64,000 bases of DNA from Bacteroidales bacterium (GCA_024763075.1 JANTGF010000004.1:10755-74754), one strand, 5' to 3'. Positions 20,004-31,478 are shown, counted from the first letter of the stretch. The notes: generated by a model not told the origin, from the letters alone. Made by a program: numbers and translations.

Positions 20004-21494
20004 ATGAGCAAGAAATCATTTGTTTATCTGTTCACAATTTTAACTTTTTTAGGTTTCTCGTTTCAGGGGATCTCCCAAACACAAAAGGTATTAACGCTGG
20101 ATGAAGTTTTGAAAATTGCAAGGGATCAGTCCCCTCAGGCAATTCTGGCCAGGCACAAATTCCTTGGTCAATACTGGTCTTTCAGGACTTTTAAAGCAAA
20201 GTACAAACCTGCGTTGAATATGAATGCCACCCTGGCGGACTTTAACAGATCACTGGAGAAAGAATATGACTTTGGTACGGGTGAGGAATATTATGTCCAG
20301 AAGTTTTCCAACAACTCTTCATTAGGTTTAAGCCTGAGACAAAACGTTGGTGCAACCGGCGGGACCGTTTTTGCAACATCTTCATTGAGGAGGTTTGACA
20401 GATTCGGAGAGAACTCCAGTTCTCAGTATATTACAGTTCCGGCAAGCGTTGGTTTTTCCCAGCCTGTTTTTCAATTCAATCCGTTAAAGTGGGAGAAGAA
20501 AATTGAACCCATTAAATATGAAGAAGCAAAAAAATCTTATATAGATGATATAGAACAGGTAAATCAGAGAGCTGTAAATCTTTTTTTTAACCTTGCTTTG
20601 GCTCAGCTGAATCTGGAAATTGCAAATATGAATTATTCCAATGCCGATACGCTGTATAAAATTGCTATGGGTAGATACAATATTGGAACAATTGCTGAAG
20701 ACGAACTTTTGCAGATGCAATTGAAATTTTTGAACGCAGGAGCTGATTTGAACCAACGTGAAATCGACCTGCAAATTCAGGAATTTCAGCTTCGGTCTTT
20801 TTTGGGTTATAACAATAATGTCCAGTTAACTTTACTGATTCCGAATGAAATCCCGGAATTAACAATTGATTTTGATCAGGCACTGGCACTGGCTTACGAG
20901 AATAATCCCGATATTCAGGGTATGGAGCGACAGCTCGTTGAAGCTGACCGGGATGTTGCCCAGGCAAAAGGAGAGAAAGGTCTGCAAGCTGACATCTTTG
21001 GTTCATTCGGATATACGGGGAGTGCAGATCAACTGGATGCTTCCTATAAAAATTTACTGGATGAACAAAAATTCAGGATCGGGTTAAATTTCCCCATTAT
21101 GGAATGGGGCCTTGGCAGAGGGAGATTGAAAATGGCCCAGTCGAACAGAGAGGTTGTAAAGGTAAACGTAAGGCAGGAACGAATTGACTTTGATCAGAGT
21201 GTGTTGCTTTCGGTTGCACAGTTTAATTTTCAGGATGATCAGGTAAAGATTGCCGCAAAAGCAGATACCATTGCCAGGAAAAGGTATGAAGTTTCCAAAC
21301 AACGTTTTTTTATTGGAAAAATTGACGTACTGGACCTGAATGTAGCAGATTCGGAAAAAGATGTTTCCAAAAGAAACTACATTAGTACGCTCAGAAACTA
21401 CTGGTCTGATTTCTATATGGTAAGGAGGCTCGCCCTCTATGACTTTCTGAAACAGGAAAAACTTAGCGCAAACTTTGACGAACTGATAAGATAG
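20004..21494 (+). CDS. TolC-family outer-membrane efflux protein
   Basis: Signal peptide, LTLDEV, two OEP repeats, RF.IGKI..LDL. Confidence 0.9.
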   Translation: MSKKSFVYLFTILTFLGFSFQGISQTQKVLTLDEVLKIARDQSPQAILARHKFLGQYWSFRTFKAKYKPALNMNATLADFNRSLEKEYDFGTGEEYYVQKFSNNSSLGLSLRQNVGATGGTVFATSSLRRFDRFGENSSSQYITVPASVGFSQPVFQFNPLKWEKKIEPIKYEEAKKSYIDDIEQVNQRAVNLFFNLALAQLNLEIANMNYSNADTLYKIAMGRYNIGTIAEDELLQMQLKFLNAGADLNQREIDLQIQEFQLRSFLGYNNNVQLTLLIPNEIPELTIDFDQALALAYENNPDIQGMERQLVEADRDVAQAKGEKGLQADIFGSFGYTGSADQLDASYKNLLDEQKFRIGLNFPIMEWGLGRGRLKMAQSNREVVKVNVRQERIDFDQSVLLSVAQFNFQDDQVKIAAKADTIARKRYEVSKQRFFIGKIDVLDLNVADSEKDVSKRNYISTLRNYWSDFYMVRRLALYDFLKQEKLSANFDELIR

Positions 21495-21761
21495 GCTGTC
21501 TCCCTATCCTATAAGAATCATAGGAATACCTGAAATTTTCCTGACGATATTTTTGTTTATCACTTATCTGAGTCGAAGCCTGGCCTGGCATTTCATAAAA
21601 TTTGTTAAAGGAGAAACAAAAATTCCAATATGTGTTTTACGACATATAATTAATGATCAATTTTAATTACTTTCGTAGCATGGTTGAAAAATAATGGATT
21701 TTTTTTAATTGGAAAGTACAGACAAGATATAATAAAATAACCTGTTTTAAAATTTAAAAAG

Positions 21762-22709
21762 ATGAAAATAACTGTTATTGGTGCAGGAAATGTTGGGGCA
21801 ACCTGTGCAGATGTACTCGCCCATAAGGAATTGGTAAAGGATGTGATTCTTCTGGATATTAAGGAAGGTATGGCCGAGGGAAAAGCCCTGGATATGTGGC
21901 AGGCAGCTGCCATAGAGAACTATGATACCCGTGTCACAGGGGTAACGAATGATTATGAAGCCACAGCCGGCTCCAGTGTGGTGGTAATTACCTCAGGAAT
22001 CCCCCGTAAACCGGGAATGTCCAGAGATGACCTGATTTCAACCAATGCAAAAATTGTTAAGGACGTTACTGAGAATGCAGTTAAGTATTCTCCTGATGCA
22101 AAAATTATTGTGGTTGCAAATCCATTGGATGTAATGACTTATACTGCCTGTCTTGCATCTGGTAAGGATACCCGAAGTGTTTTTGGAATGGCCGGAATAC
22201 TGGATACAGCACGGTTTAAAGCTTTTATTGCAACTGCGCTTAACTGTTCACCCAAGGATGTTCAGACTTTATTAATGGGAGGTCATGGCGATACAATGGT
22301 GCCGCTTCCCAGATATACAACAGTTAGTGGAATTCCTTTGACAGATCTTATGGACAAGGAAACCATTGATGCAATTGTTGACCGTACCCGTAAGGGCGGT
22401 GGAGAGTTGGTTAAGCTGATGGGAACTTCCGCCTGGTATGCTCCGGGTGCTGCCGCCGCCCAGATGGCCGAATCTATTATCCGTGACCAGCACAGAACCT
22501 TCCCGGTTTGTGTCGGGTTAAAAGGTGAGTATGGAATTCATGATATTTTTCTGGGTGTTCCGGTTAAATTAGGTTTAAATGGTATTGAAGAGATTATTGA
22601 AGTGGAACTGACGGATGATGAGAAAAAATTGCTGGATGAATCTGCAAATGCAGTGAAAGGCGTAATGGGAATCCTGGACGACATGAAATTCTTTAGCAAT
22701 AAGTGCTGA
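21762..22709 (+). CDS. mdh: Malate dehydrogenase (LDH-like)
   Basis: GAGNVG, GIPRKPGMSRDDL (Arg specificity residue), NPLD, LDTARF, GGHGD. Confidence 0.97.
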   Translation: MKITVIGAGNVGATCADVLAHKELVKDVILLDIKEGMAEGKALDMWQAAAIENYDTRVTGVTNDYEATAGSSVVVITSGIPRKPGMSRDDLISTNAKIVKDVTENAVKYSPDAKIIVVANPLDVMTYTACLASGKDTRSVFGMAGILDTARFKAFIATALNCSPKDVQTLLMGGHGDTMVPLPRYTTVSGIPLTDLMDKETIDAIVDRTRKGGGELVKLMGTSAWYAPGAAAAQMAESIIRDQHRTFPVCVGLKGEYGIHDIFLGVPVKLGLNGIEEIIEVELTDDEKKLLDESANAVKGVMGILDDMKFFSNKC

Positions 22710-22739
22710 CCCTCAGATAGAAATATTGCTTTTTAGGGT

Positions 22740-22769
22740 AGAAGTGTCCTCTCAGGGCACTTCTTTTTT
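22740..22769 (+). terminator. Intrinsic terminator after mdh
   Basis: AGAAGTGTCC-tctca-GGGCACTTCT followed by a T-run. Confidence 0.8.
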
Positions 22770-22808
22770 ATTCAAATTAAAAACACAAAAAATTCTAAAA
22801 AAATTTAA

Positions 22809-22816
22809 TATCTTTG
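22809..22816 (+). promoter_or_regulatory. -7 promoter box for secDF
   Basis: TATCTTTG. Confidence 0.6.
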
Positions 22817-22876
22817 CCCGACATTTTAAGTACCTTTTATTTAACTAAGTTTAAGAGAATTTAACAATCATTAGAA

Positions 22877-25800
22877 ATGCGAAACAAAGGAGCTATTTTA
22901 TTTTTAATCGTTACGGTAACAATTGTTATTATATATCATTTATCATTTACCGTTGTTACATCCCTGGTGAAGAAGGATGCTGCTGTCTATGCGGGGGGAG
23001 ATTTGGTCAAAGAGTCGAATTATCTGGATTCCATAGCCAGTCTTACAAAAGATGAGTGGAGCTATCTGGGAAATACCTACAGGGAATGCCAGGAAAAAGA
23101 GATCAACCTTGGTCTTGACCTGAAAGGAGGGATGAACGTAATTCTGGAGATTTCTGTTGTTGATATCATAAAATCCTTGTCAAATTATAGTACGGATACA
23201 ACTTTTGTTAAGGCCTTAAATCTGGCACAGGCTTACCAGAAAAACAGCCAGGAAGACTTTGTTACCTTGTTTGGAAGAGCCTTTGAGGAAGTTGATCCCA
23301 ACGCAAGGCTTGCTGCAATTTTCAATACCATTGAATTGAAAAGTAAAATTGATTTTAATTCTACAAATCAGGATGTGCTGAATGTCATAAGAGATGAAAC
23401 TGAGTCTGCAATTAGTAACTCTTTTAATATTCTGGAAAGCAGGATTAACCGTTTTGGTGTTGCACAGCCAAGCATTCAGAGAATTGGAAATCAGGGGAGA
23501 ATAATGGTTGAATTGCCAGGTGTAAAAGACCCGGAAAGGGTTAGGAAACTACTCCAGGGAACAGCTAATCTTGAATTCTGGGAAACATATGAAAACAGTG
23601 AAGTCTCACAGTACTTAATGCAGGCAAATACCAAACTTAAGTCAATTCTCGGAACTTCACAGGCAAAGGATACAACTTCAGCAACTGAAGTAGCCGGCAC
23701 GGATGAAACTAAGACTGAGACTGCAGACACATCAAAATCCCTGCTTGATATGATAGAGGCTGATTCCACGAAACAGCCGGAAGAAACACAGGATATTTCT
23801 AAATTTAAAGAAGAAAATCCTCTGTTTGCTGTTTTATACCCCAATACAACACGTGACGGACAATTTGTACCTGGTTCTGTTGTAGGATTTAGTCATTACA
23901 GAGATACGGCTTTGGTGAATAAATATCTTAATATGGAACAGATTCATGCCATTTTTCCCCGAGATCTGAAATTTGTCTGGCACTGGAAACCGTATAAATA
24001 TGATGAAACACAAAATTTATTTGAACTTCATGCAATAAAAGTAACTACCCGTGATGGTCGTGCTCCGCTTGACGGGGACGTGATTACTGCTGCCAGGGAA
24101 GAATATGACCAGACAACCGGTGATGCTCAGGTTTCAATGAACATGAGTACCGAAGGTGCAAAAACATGGGCAAGAATGACCAGAGAGAATGTGGGGCGTT
24201 GTATTGCCATTGTCCTGGATGGTTATGTTCGTTCAGCTCCCCGTGTAAATCAGGAGATTAAAGGAGGAAGCTCACAGATTACCGGTGATTTTACCATAAC
24301 AGAAGCCCAGGACCTTGCAAATATTCTGAAATCAGGTAAATTGCCTGCTCCTGCAAAAATTGCACAGGAGACGATCGTAGGCCCTAGCCTGGGTAAGGAA
24401 GCTATTCAGGCAGGTTTGAACTCATTCCTGATCGCATTTGTTATTGTACTTCTTTATATGATTTTTTATTACAGTCATCGCGCTGGAACTGTTGCCGACA
24501 TCGCACTTGTTGCTAACATGTTTTTTCTGATGGGGGTTTTGGCTTCTCTGGGTGCAGTCCTTACTTTGCCGGGTATTGCCGGTATTGTTCTTACAATAGG
24601 TATGTCGGTGGATGCGAATGTGCTGATCTATGAACGGATTAAGGAAGAATTACTGGCAGGGAAAGGAATTAAACTTGCCATAAAGGAAGGATATAAAAAT
24701 GCAAACTCAGCCATTATAGATGCAAACGTAACCACTCTGATTACCGGTGCTATTCTTTTCTTCTTTGGTACCGGCCCCATCAAGGGTTTTGCTACAACTT
24801 TGGTTATTGGTATTCTTACTTCTTTGTTTTCAGCCATTTTTATCACCAGAATTATTTTTGAAAAACTTTTGGATAAGAATGCCAAATTCTCCTTCTCAAC
24901 AAAACTTACCGAGAATGCATTTAAGAATGCTCACATTAAATTTATTGAAAAAAGAAAAATATTTTATGTTGTTTCAGGTTCACTTGTTATAATAAGCCTT
25001 ATTGCATTGTTCACCAGAGGATTAAACCAAAGTGTTGATTTTACAGGAGGTAGAACTTATGTGGTTCGGTTTCAGGAACCACATTCTACAGTTGAGGTTC
25101 AGGGTCTTTTGAGAGATGCGTTTGGGGAAGCTCCGGAGGTTAAGGTGTTTGGGAATGACAGGCAACTGAAGATTACTACCCAGTATCTGATTGATGAGTC
25201 TGAAGCAGATGACCAGGTTGAAGAAAAATTGTACGAAGGGCTGAAGCCTATTTTAGGACCTGATGTCAGCAAGGAAACCTTTCTGTCTGATTACAGAGAA
25301 AGTTCTCAGACAGTGGGGCCAACAATTGCCGATGATATCAAGGTCAGGGCTGTTTGGGTGATCGGACTGGCACTGATCTTTATGTTTATCTATATCGTAA
25401 TAAGGTTCAGGAACTGGCAGTTTGGGATGGGTGCTATTCTGGCTCTTATGCATGATAGCCTTATTGTCCTGGGTATATTCTCTCTTGCAGATGGATTTTT
25501 GCCATTCTCACTGGAAATTGACCAGGCCTTCGTAGCAGCTATTTTAACTGTGGTTGGTTACTCCGTAAACGATACGGTGGTCGTGTTTGACAGAATCAGG
25601 GAATACGTGGGCCTTTACAGAAAGCGGGAAAGGTCGGAAATATTAAACCTGGCATTGAACAGTACACTTAGCCGGACGGTAAGTACCTCATTAAGTACAT
25701 TTGTTGTGCTTCTTACAATTTTCATCTTTGGTGGTGAAGTCATTCGTGGATTTACATTTGCCTTAATGGTTGGTGTTGTTGTTGGTACTTATTCATCCTT

Positions 25801-25879
25801 GTTTGTTGCTACTCCTATTGTTTATGATACAATTAAAAAAGCTGAAACAACGCGTGTGTTGAAAGGAAAACGGAGGTAG
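22877..25879 (+). CDS. secDF: Fused protein translocase SecDF
   Basis: LGLDLKGG, VELPGV, GPSLG, LTLPGIAG.VLTIGMSVDANVLIYER, VDFTGG, GYSVNDTVVVFDRIRE. Confidence 0.98.
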   Translation: MRNKGAILFLIVTVTIVIIYHLSFTVVTSLVKKDAAVYAGGDLVKESNYLDSIASLTKDEWSYLGNTYRECQEKEINLGLDLKGGMNVILEISVVDIIKSLSNYSTDTTFVKALNLAQAYQKNSQEDFVTLFGRAFEEVDPNARLAAIFNTIELKSKIDFNSTNQDVLNVIRDETESAISNSFNILESRINRFGVAQPSIQRIGNQGRIMVELPGVKDPERVRKLLQGTANLEFWETYENSEVSQYLMQANTKLKSILGTSQAKDTTSATEVAGTDETKTETADTSKSLLDMIEADSTKQPEETQDISKFKEENPLFAVLYPNTTRDGQFVPGSVVGFSHYRDTALVNKYLNMEQIHAIFPRDLKFVWHWKPYKYDETQNLFELHAIKVTTRDGRAPLDGDVITAAREEYDQTTGDAQVSMNMSTEGAKTWARMTRENVGRCIAIVLDGYVRSAPRVNQEIKGGSSQITGDFTITEAQDLANILKSGKLPAPAKIAQETIVGPSLGKEAIQAGLNSFLIAFVIVLLYMIFYYSHRAGTVADIALVANMFFLMGVLASLGAVLTLPGIAGIVLTIGMSVDANVLIYERIKEELLAGKGIKLAIKEGYKNANSAIIDANVTTLITGAILFFFGTGPIKGFATTLVIGILTSLFSAIFITRIIFEKLLDKNAKFSFSTKLTENAFKNAHIKFIEKRKIFYVVSGSLVIISLIALFTRGLNQSVDFTGGRTYVVRFQEPHSTVEVQGLLRDAFGEAPEVKVFGNDRQLKITTQYLIDESEADDQVEEKLYEGLKPILGPDVSKETFLSDYRESSQTVGPTIADDIKVRAVWVIGLALIFMFIYIVIRFRNWQFGMGAILALMHDSLIVLGIFSLADGFLPFSLEIDQAFVAAILTVVGYSVNDTVVVFDRIREYVGLYRKRERSEILNLALNSTLSRTVSTSLSTFVVLLTIFIFGGEVIRGFTFALMVGVVVGTYSSLFVATPIVYDTIKKAETTRVLKGKRR

Positions 25880-25907
25880 TAAAAGAATTTACCATTAAAT
25901 ATTTAAT

Positions 25908-25941
25908 AACCCTGCATTAAGTTTTTGTGCAGGGTTTTTTT
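25908..25941 (+). terminator. Intrinsic terminator after secDF
   Basis: AACCCTGCA...TGCAGGGTT followed by a T-run. Confidence 0.8.
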
Positions 25942-25999
25942 ATTCCCTCTAACTTTCGTAAATTCGCAGAGGATAATTAAGGATTTAAGTTACAGAAAA

Positions 26000-26227
26000 A
26001 TGAGTAATTTATTATTTATAAGCGGGGGTGAAATCTTTATTGTAATGGTGGTTGTCCTGTTGTTATTTGGTGCCAACCGGATTCCGGAGATAGCCAGAGG
26101 TTTGGGTAAAGGCATGAATGAGTTTAAGAAGGCTACGGAAGATATAAAAAAGGAAATTAACGACAGTTCAGAAGGTGTGGTGGATGATATCAAAGAAATA
26201 AAAGACACCTTTGACGATATCAAATAA
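26000..26227 (+). CDS. tatA: Twin-arginine translocase TatA/TatE
   Basis: [30 protein letters not shown]; ATG at 26000 preferred, since the upstream extension overlaps the terminator. Confidence 0.93.
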   Translation: MSNLLFISGGEIFIVMVVVLLLFGANRIPEIARGLGKGMNEFKKATEDIKKEINDSSEGVVDDIKEIKDTFDDIK

Positions 26228-26287
26228 CTGAAAAGCAATATTAATTTCTATCTTTATTCCTTTTAATTTCAAATCTGATCTCAAAAA

Positions 26288-27232
26288 TTGGAGCTTCATT
26301 CTTTTATTGAACTTATTGGAGGATTGATCTTATTACTGGGAGGTGGTCATTACCTTGTTTCCGGAGGCGTATGCCTTGCGCGAAGGTTAAATGTGTCCAC
26401 GCTGGTGGTTGGGCTTACGGTTGTTTCTTTGGGGACCTCTGCCCCTGAACTTCTGGTGAGTTTGCATGCTGCAATATCCGGCCATCCCGATATATCGGTT
26501 GGGAATGTTGTTGGCTCCAATATTTCAAATATTGGCCTGGTCCTCGGTTTGTCGTCTCTTATATTTCCACTTGTTGTTCGGTCCACTTCCATTAAATTTG
26601 ACTGGCCGGTGATGATGTTAACCGGAGTTTTGTTATACTGGTTCGGTTTTGATGGGGAAATCAGCCGCTTTGAGGGAATGATTTTTTCGCTGGGACTTGC
26701 CCTGTTCATTGTGTATTCATTTGTTAAATCCGGAAAAGATAAAACGATTAAACCCGATGTCAGGGTTAAGTATAAAATGTCATTGCCAATGGCAATCTTT
26801 ATTATTTTGGTTTCTTCTGCCGGGCTTTTATTCGGGGCAAGGATTCTTGTGAGGGGAGCAACGGATATAGCCCAGTATTTTCATGTGAGTGAAAGGGCCA
26901 TCTCCCTTACTGTAATTGCAGTTGGGACCAGCCTTCCTGAACTGGCTACCTCGGTTGTTGCTGCTTTTAAAAAAGAAGCTGATATTTCAATAGGGAATAT
27001 CATTGGTTCCAATATCTATAATACGTTTGGGATTCTTGGTCTTACGGCAGTAGTTAAACCGATTAAGAATATAAGTGAAGATATTATGAAAGAGGATATC
27101 ATGTGGATGCTGGGTTTCTTTGTATTGCTTTTTCTTTTTATTCTTCCCATAAAGGGTGGAAAGATTACACGGTTAAAAGGAGTAATCTTTTTATTGATTT
27201 ATGGTGCGTATATTTACATGGTCTTTAAATAA
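26288..27232 (+). CDS. Calcium/sodium antiporter (YrbG family)
   Basis: Alpha repeats [15 protein letters not shown] and [15 protein letters not shown]. Confidence 0.93.
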   Translation: MELHSFIELIGGLILLLGGGHYLVSGGVCLARRLNVSTLVVGLTVVSLGTSAPELLVSLHAAISGHPDISVGNVVGSNISNIGLVLGLSSLIFPLVVRSTSIKFDWPVMMLTGVLLYWFGFDGEISRFEGMIFSLGLALFIVYSFVKSGKDKTIKPDVRVKYKMSLPMAIFIILVSSAGLLFGARILVRGATDIAQYFHVSERAISLTVIAVGTSLPELATSVVAAFKKEADISIGNIIGSNIYNTFGILGLTAVVKPIKNISEDIMKEDIMWMLGFFVLLFLFILPIKGGKITRLKGVIFLLIYGAYIYMVFK

Positions 27233-27900
27233 TGAAAAATAAGGAAATGATTGTTGCAAGGAATATCGTTAAATCATTTGGTAGCTTACAGGTTCTTAAA
27301 GGGATTGATCTTAAGGTTGAAAAAGGTGAAATTGTTTGTATTATTGGTGAAAGTGGCGCAGGTAAAACAACTTTTTTGCAAATTTTGGGTACACTCGACC
27401 GACCGGATTCAGGGGAAATATTTTACAATGATATAAACGCTATGAACCTGAAAGAGAAGCAGCTTTCAAAGTTCAGGAATAAGAATATAGGTTTTGTTTT
27501 TCAGTTTCATCACTTATTACCTGAGTTTACAGCCCATGAAAATGTTTGTATTCCAGCATTTATTGCAGGTATGTCCAGGTCTGTAGCTGAGAAAAAAGCA
27601 AAAGATATTCTTCATTTTTTTAATCTGGATGATCGCCTGGATCATAAGCCATCCGAACTTTCGGGTGGTGAGCAGCAAAGGGTGGCAGTTGCCAGAGCAC
27701 TGATCAATGATCCGGGGCTTATCCTTGCCGATGAACCTTCTGGAAACCTGGATAGCAGGAATAAGAAAGAATTGCATCAGTTACTTCTTAGTACCCGCGA
27801 TAAATTTGATCAGACCATTGTCATCGTTACTCATGACAGGGAGGTGGAAAAGATTTCAGACAGGATTCTTACGATGAAAGACGGTGTAATTCTCCGATAA
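27232..27900 (+). CDS. lolD: ABC ATP-binding protein, LolD-like
   Basis: [45 protein letters not shown]. Confidence 0.8.
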   Translation: MKNKEMIVARNIVKSFGSLQVLKGIDLKVEKGEIVCIIGESGAGKTTFLQILGTLDRPDSGEIFYNDINAMNLKEKQLSKFRNKNIGFVFQFHHLLPEFTAHENVCIPAFIAGMSRSVAEKKAKDILHFFNLDDRLDHKPSELSGGEQQRVAVARALINDPGLILADEPSGNLDSRNKKELHQLLLSTRDKFDQTIVIVTHDREVEKISDRILTMKDGVILR

Positions 27901-27909
27901 CCCGCCCCC

Positions 27910-28680
27910 ATGGATGTCATCGAAGATTTGAAAGAATTTCTGGAAGGAAAGGCAGCCTTTTACAACCGGCCTGAATTTATTGAATCGGACCCCATACAAA
28001 TTCCGCATAGATTTGAAAGAAAGGAAGACATTGAAATTGCGGCCTTCTTAACTTCTGCAATTTCATGGGGGAGAAGAACCATGATCATTAAAAAAGCAGG
28101 GGAGTTAATGGGATTGCTGTACCACAACCCTTTTGAGTTTTTAATGAATGCAACAAAAGCAGATTTTCATCTGTTCCGTGATTTTCAATATCGTACTTTT
28201 AAGGATGGGGATGGCGGATATTTTATTAAATCACTACAGAATATTTATCTGAACTATGGGGGTTTACACGAGCTGCTTGCAAAAGGTTTTCATGACTCAG
28301 GAAGTATTAATGGGGCACTGGCCATATTCAGGGAAATATTTTTAAGTAAGTTTCCTCCACAACGTACTTTAAAACATGTGGCAGATGTAAACCGTGGCTC
28401 TGCTGCAAAAAAGCTGAATATGTTCCTGAGATGGATGGTCAGAACGGATAATCATGGAGTGGATTTTGGTATCTGGAAAGACATCCCTCCTTCTGCATTA
28501 ATGATGCCATTGGATGTACATACGGGAAATGTGGCCAGAAAGCTGAATTTGCTGACCCGTAAACAAAACGACTGGAAGGCGGTGGAGGAAATAACCGGAA
28601 ATCTCAGAGAGTTTGATCCTGATGATCCGGTAAAATATGATTTTGCCTTGTTTGGGCTGGGCGTTTTCGAAAATTTTTAA
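27910..28680 (+). CDS. TIGR02757/DUF2400 family protein (HhH-GPD-like)
   Basis: FI..DPIQIPH, SA.K.LNMFLRWMVR..VDFGIW, PLDVH, DPVKYDFALF. Confidence 0.92.
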   Translation: MDVIEDLKEFLEGKAAFYNRPEFIESDPIQIPHRFERKEDIEIAAFLTSAISWGRRTMIIKKAGELMGLLYHNPFEFLMNATKADFHLFRDFQYRTFKDGDGGYFIKSLQNIYLNYGGLHELLAKGFHDSGSINGALAIFREIFLSKFPPQRTLKHVADVNRGSAAKKLNMFLRWMVRTDNHGVDFGIWKDIPPSALMMPLDVHTGNVARKLNLLTRKQNDWKAVEEITGNLREFDPDDPVKYDFALFGLGVFENF

Positions 28681-28690
28681 AAATACATGG

Positions 28691-29404
28691 ATGAGTAATA
28701 GCTGGTTTCGTTTTAAGCAGTTTTTAGTGAAGCAGGGCAGATCGTCAATGAAGGTAGGAACGGATGGAGTTTTGCTTGGTTCCTTTGTCGATGTGGCAAA
28801 TTCCAAAAAAATACTTGATGTAGGAACCGGTACGGGTTTGATTGCCCTCATGCTGGGCCAGCGGTCCATAGCACAGATTGATGCGGTAGAAATTGATGAA
28901 AATTCTTTTCTTGATGCATTTGAAAATACAGAAGCATCTCCATGGAAAGACAGGATAAATGTTTACCATTCCTCTTTTCAGGAATTTGCCCGTAATTTTC
29001 CTCCCTCAGAGGAAAAATATGATCTGATTGTATCAAATCCTCCTTATTATCACAAATTACAAGAAGCACAACTTACAGGCCGGCAGATCGCACGCCATCA
29101 GCAATTATTACCTGAGAGGGATTTGTTGTATTATGCAGATAGGATTCTTAAGCCGCAGGGGAATTTATGGGTAATTAAACCCTATGAAAGATATGAGGAA
29201 TTTAAAGAATCAGGCAAGAAATATCATTTGTTTCCTGTTTCTGAATTATTGGTACGTTCAGCACCGGAAAAAGAAGTGTCCAGGATCATTCTTAGGTTTG
29301 CCAGAGAAAAGAAAAGGGTGGAATCCGGAGAATTGATTATTCAAAAAGAGAACAGGGAATATTCGGACGAATATGTCAGGCTTACACAGGAATTTTATTT
29401 ATAA
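28691..29404 (+). CDS. tRNA1(Val) adenine-37 N6-methyltransferase (YfiC-like)
   Basis: F.FKQF...MKVGTDGVLLG, LDVGTGTG, VSNPPY; start taken at ATG 28691. Confidence 0.92.
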   Translation: MSNSWFRFKQFLVKQGRSSMKVGTDGVLLGSFVDVANSKKILDVGTGTGLIALMLGQRSIAQIDAVEIDENSFLDAFENTEASPWKDRINVYHSSFQEFARNFPPSEEKYDLIVSNPPYYHKLQEAQLTGRQIARHQQLLPERDLLYYADRILKPQGNLWVIKPYERYEEFKESGKKYHLFPVSELLVRSAPEKEVSRIILRFAREKKRVESGELIIQKENREYSDEYVRLTQEFYL

Positions 29405-31345
29405 AACCGGCCCTGCAGCTTCTTTTTTCTCAAGCTCCAGCGTAACTTTTTCCCATTCATCAATTCTGTTCGCAAGGTCATTTTTTAACTGATCGTATTC
29501 TGTATAAAAAGCGGGCTCAAAAACCATTGTTCCGGTATTATGGGCATCCTGCAACTGCTTATCTTTGCTTTCTATCATACTTTCCAGTTTTTCTATTTCA
29601 ACCTCAAGAAGTTGAACTTTGTTCCGGAGTTTGCGAAGAGCCTGTTCATGCTTTTTCCCTGCCTCATACCGGGCTTTGGATGTTTTGTTTTTAGATTGTA
29701 CAGGCTTTGCAGTTTTATTTTTATTCAGTTCACCCAGGGTATTCAGGTTCCGTTTTTCAAGGAATTCAAAGATACCTCCAAAATGTTCTTTAACCTGTTT
29801 ATTTTTGAATTCAAAAACTTTTTGAACCAATCCATCCAGAAAATACCGGTCGTGAGATACCAGGATTAGTGTTCCGTTGTAATTGAGCAGGGCCTGTTTC
29901 AGAATATCCTTAGACTGAATGTCAAGGTGGTTGGTTGGCTCATCCAGTACCAGTAGGGATGTGGGTTTTAAAAGTAATTTTATCATAGAAAGCCTGGACC
30001 TTTCACCTCCGGACAGTACTTTCACCTTTTTGTCTGCATTTTCGCCTCCAAACAAAAAAGCACCCAGGATGTTCCGTATTTGTGTTCTGATCTCTCCCGT
30101 GGCTTCGTCATCAATTGTCTCGAATACAGTTTTATTTTCATCCAGCAGTTCATCCTGGTTTTGAGCATAATATCCTATACTTACATTGTGCCCAATCTTG
30201 CAGATACGGGTATGTTCCAGTTTTTCACTTATGATTCTTGCAAGGGTGGTTTTCCCCTCACCGTTTTTCCCGACAAATGCCACCTTTTCTCCTCTCTCAA
30301 TCGTAAGGCTTACATCTTTGAGTATAAGATCCTGTCCGTATCTCTTGGATAAGCCATTGACTCCAACCACGATATCCCCTGATCTCGGTGCAGCAGGGAA
30401 CCTGAAATGAATACTTGATTCGTGCTCTTCAATTTCTATTCTTTCCAGTTTCCCGAGTTGCTTAACCCTGGATTGAACCTGATTTGCTTTTGTGGCTTTG
30501 TAACGGAACCTTTCAATGAAATCTTCTGTTTTTTCAATGAGCTTTTGCTGGTTATTATAGGCAGCCTGTATCTGTTCTTTCCGTTCTTCCCGTAGTATCA
30601 GGTATTTTGAATAGGGCACGTTGTAATCATTGATTTTGCCAAGGCTTATTTCAATGGTTCTGGTGGTTACCCTGTCAAGAAATGTACGGTCGTGTGAGAT
30701 CAGCAATACTGATTTCGGATAGTTTATTAAAAAGTTTTCAAGCCAGATGATGGATTCAATATCCAGATGATTGGTAGGTTCATCCAGAAGCAAAACATCC
30801 GGCTTGCTGAGAAGAACCTTTGCCAGTTCAATCCTCATTCTCCATCCACCACTAAATATTGCCGTAGGTTTCTCCAGATCGCCTTTCTTAAATCCAAGAC
30901 CAACCAGGGTTTTTTCGACTTCTGCCATCATATTACCGCCTCCCAAAATGTCAAATCTTTCATGAGCTTCCGTCAGTTGATGGATTGTTTTCAGATAGGC
31001 TTCAGATTCATAGTCATCTCTTTCCTTAAGTTTCAGGTTGAGTTGATGTATCCGTTTTTCAAGGAATCTGATTTCTTCAAATGCGCTGATTGCCTCTTCG
31101 AGAACAGTACCCTGATTATTGAGAACCATTTTTTGAGGTAAATAGCCTGTAACGTACTCCTGAGGAACAACTACTTCTCCCACATCAGGAGAAATCAGTC
31201 CTTTAATGAGTTTTAGAATGGTGGATTTGCCTGCGCCGTTTCTTCCTGCCAGGGCAACTTTCTCCCTGTCCCTGATCATAAACGAAACCTTGCTGAATAA
31301 AGGAATGCCTCCAAAACGAATTGTTACATTGTCAAGTGAAATCAT
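29399..31345 (-). CDS. ABC-F family ATPase (Uup/YheS-like)
   Basis: Two NBDs (GRNGAGKST, SGGWRMR, DEPTNHLD; GKNGEGKT, LSGGE), no TM segments, C-terminal coiled coil. Confidence 0.95.
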   Translation of the reverse strand: MISLDNVTIRFGGIPLFSKVSFMIRDREKVALAGRNGAGKSTILKLIKGLISPDVGEVVVPQEYVTGYLPQKMVLNNQGTVLEEAISAFEEIRFLEKRIHQLNLKLKERDDYESEAYLKTIHQLTEAHERFDILGGGNMMAEVEKTLVGLGFKKGDLEKPTAIFSGGWRMRIELAKVLLSKPDVLLLDEPTNHLDIESIIWLENFLINYPKSVLLISHDRTFLDRVTTRTIEISLGKINDYNVPYSKYLILREERKEQIQAAYNNQQKLIEKTEDFIERFRYKATKANQVQSRVKQLGKLERIEIEEHESSIHFRFPAAPRSGDIVVGVNGLSKRYGQDLILKDVSLTIERGEKVAFVGKNGEGKTTLARIISEKLEHTRICKIGHNVSIGYYAQNQDELLDENKTVFETIDDEATGEIRTQIRNILGAFLFGGENADKKVKVLSGGERSRLSMIKLLLKPTSLLVLDEPTNHLDIQSKDILKQALLNYNGTLILVSHDRYFLDGLVQKVFEFKNKQVKEHFGGIFEFLEKRNLNTLGELNKNKTAKPVQSKNKTSKARYEAGKKHEQALRKLRNKVQLLEVEIEKLESMIESKDKQLQDAHNTGTMVFEPAFYTEYDQLKNDLANRIDEWEKVTLELEKKEAAGPVL

Positions 31346-31478
31346 ACATGCAAATTTGACCTGGCAAATATAGCTAAATCTGATAAGATGAAACCGGTAT
31401 TTTTGAAAGATAGTTTCAGATCTGCAGTTTTTAGAAAAACATTTAATTTATCTCTATCTTTGCATAAAAATAGTTGTT

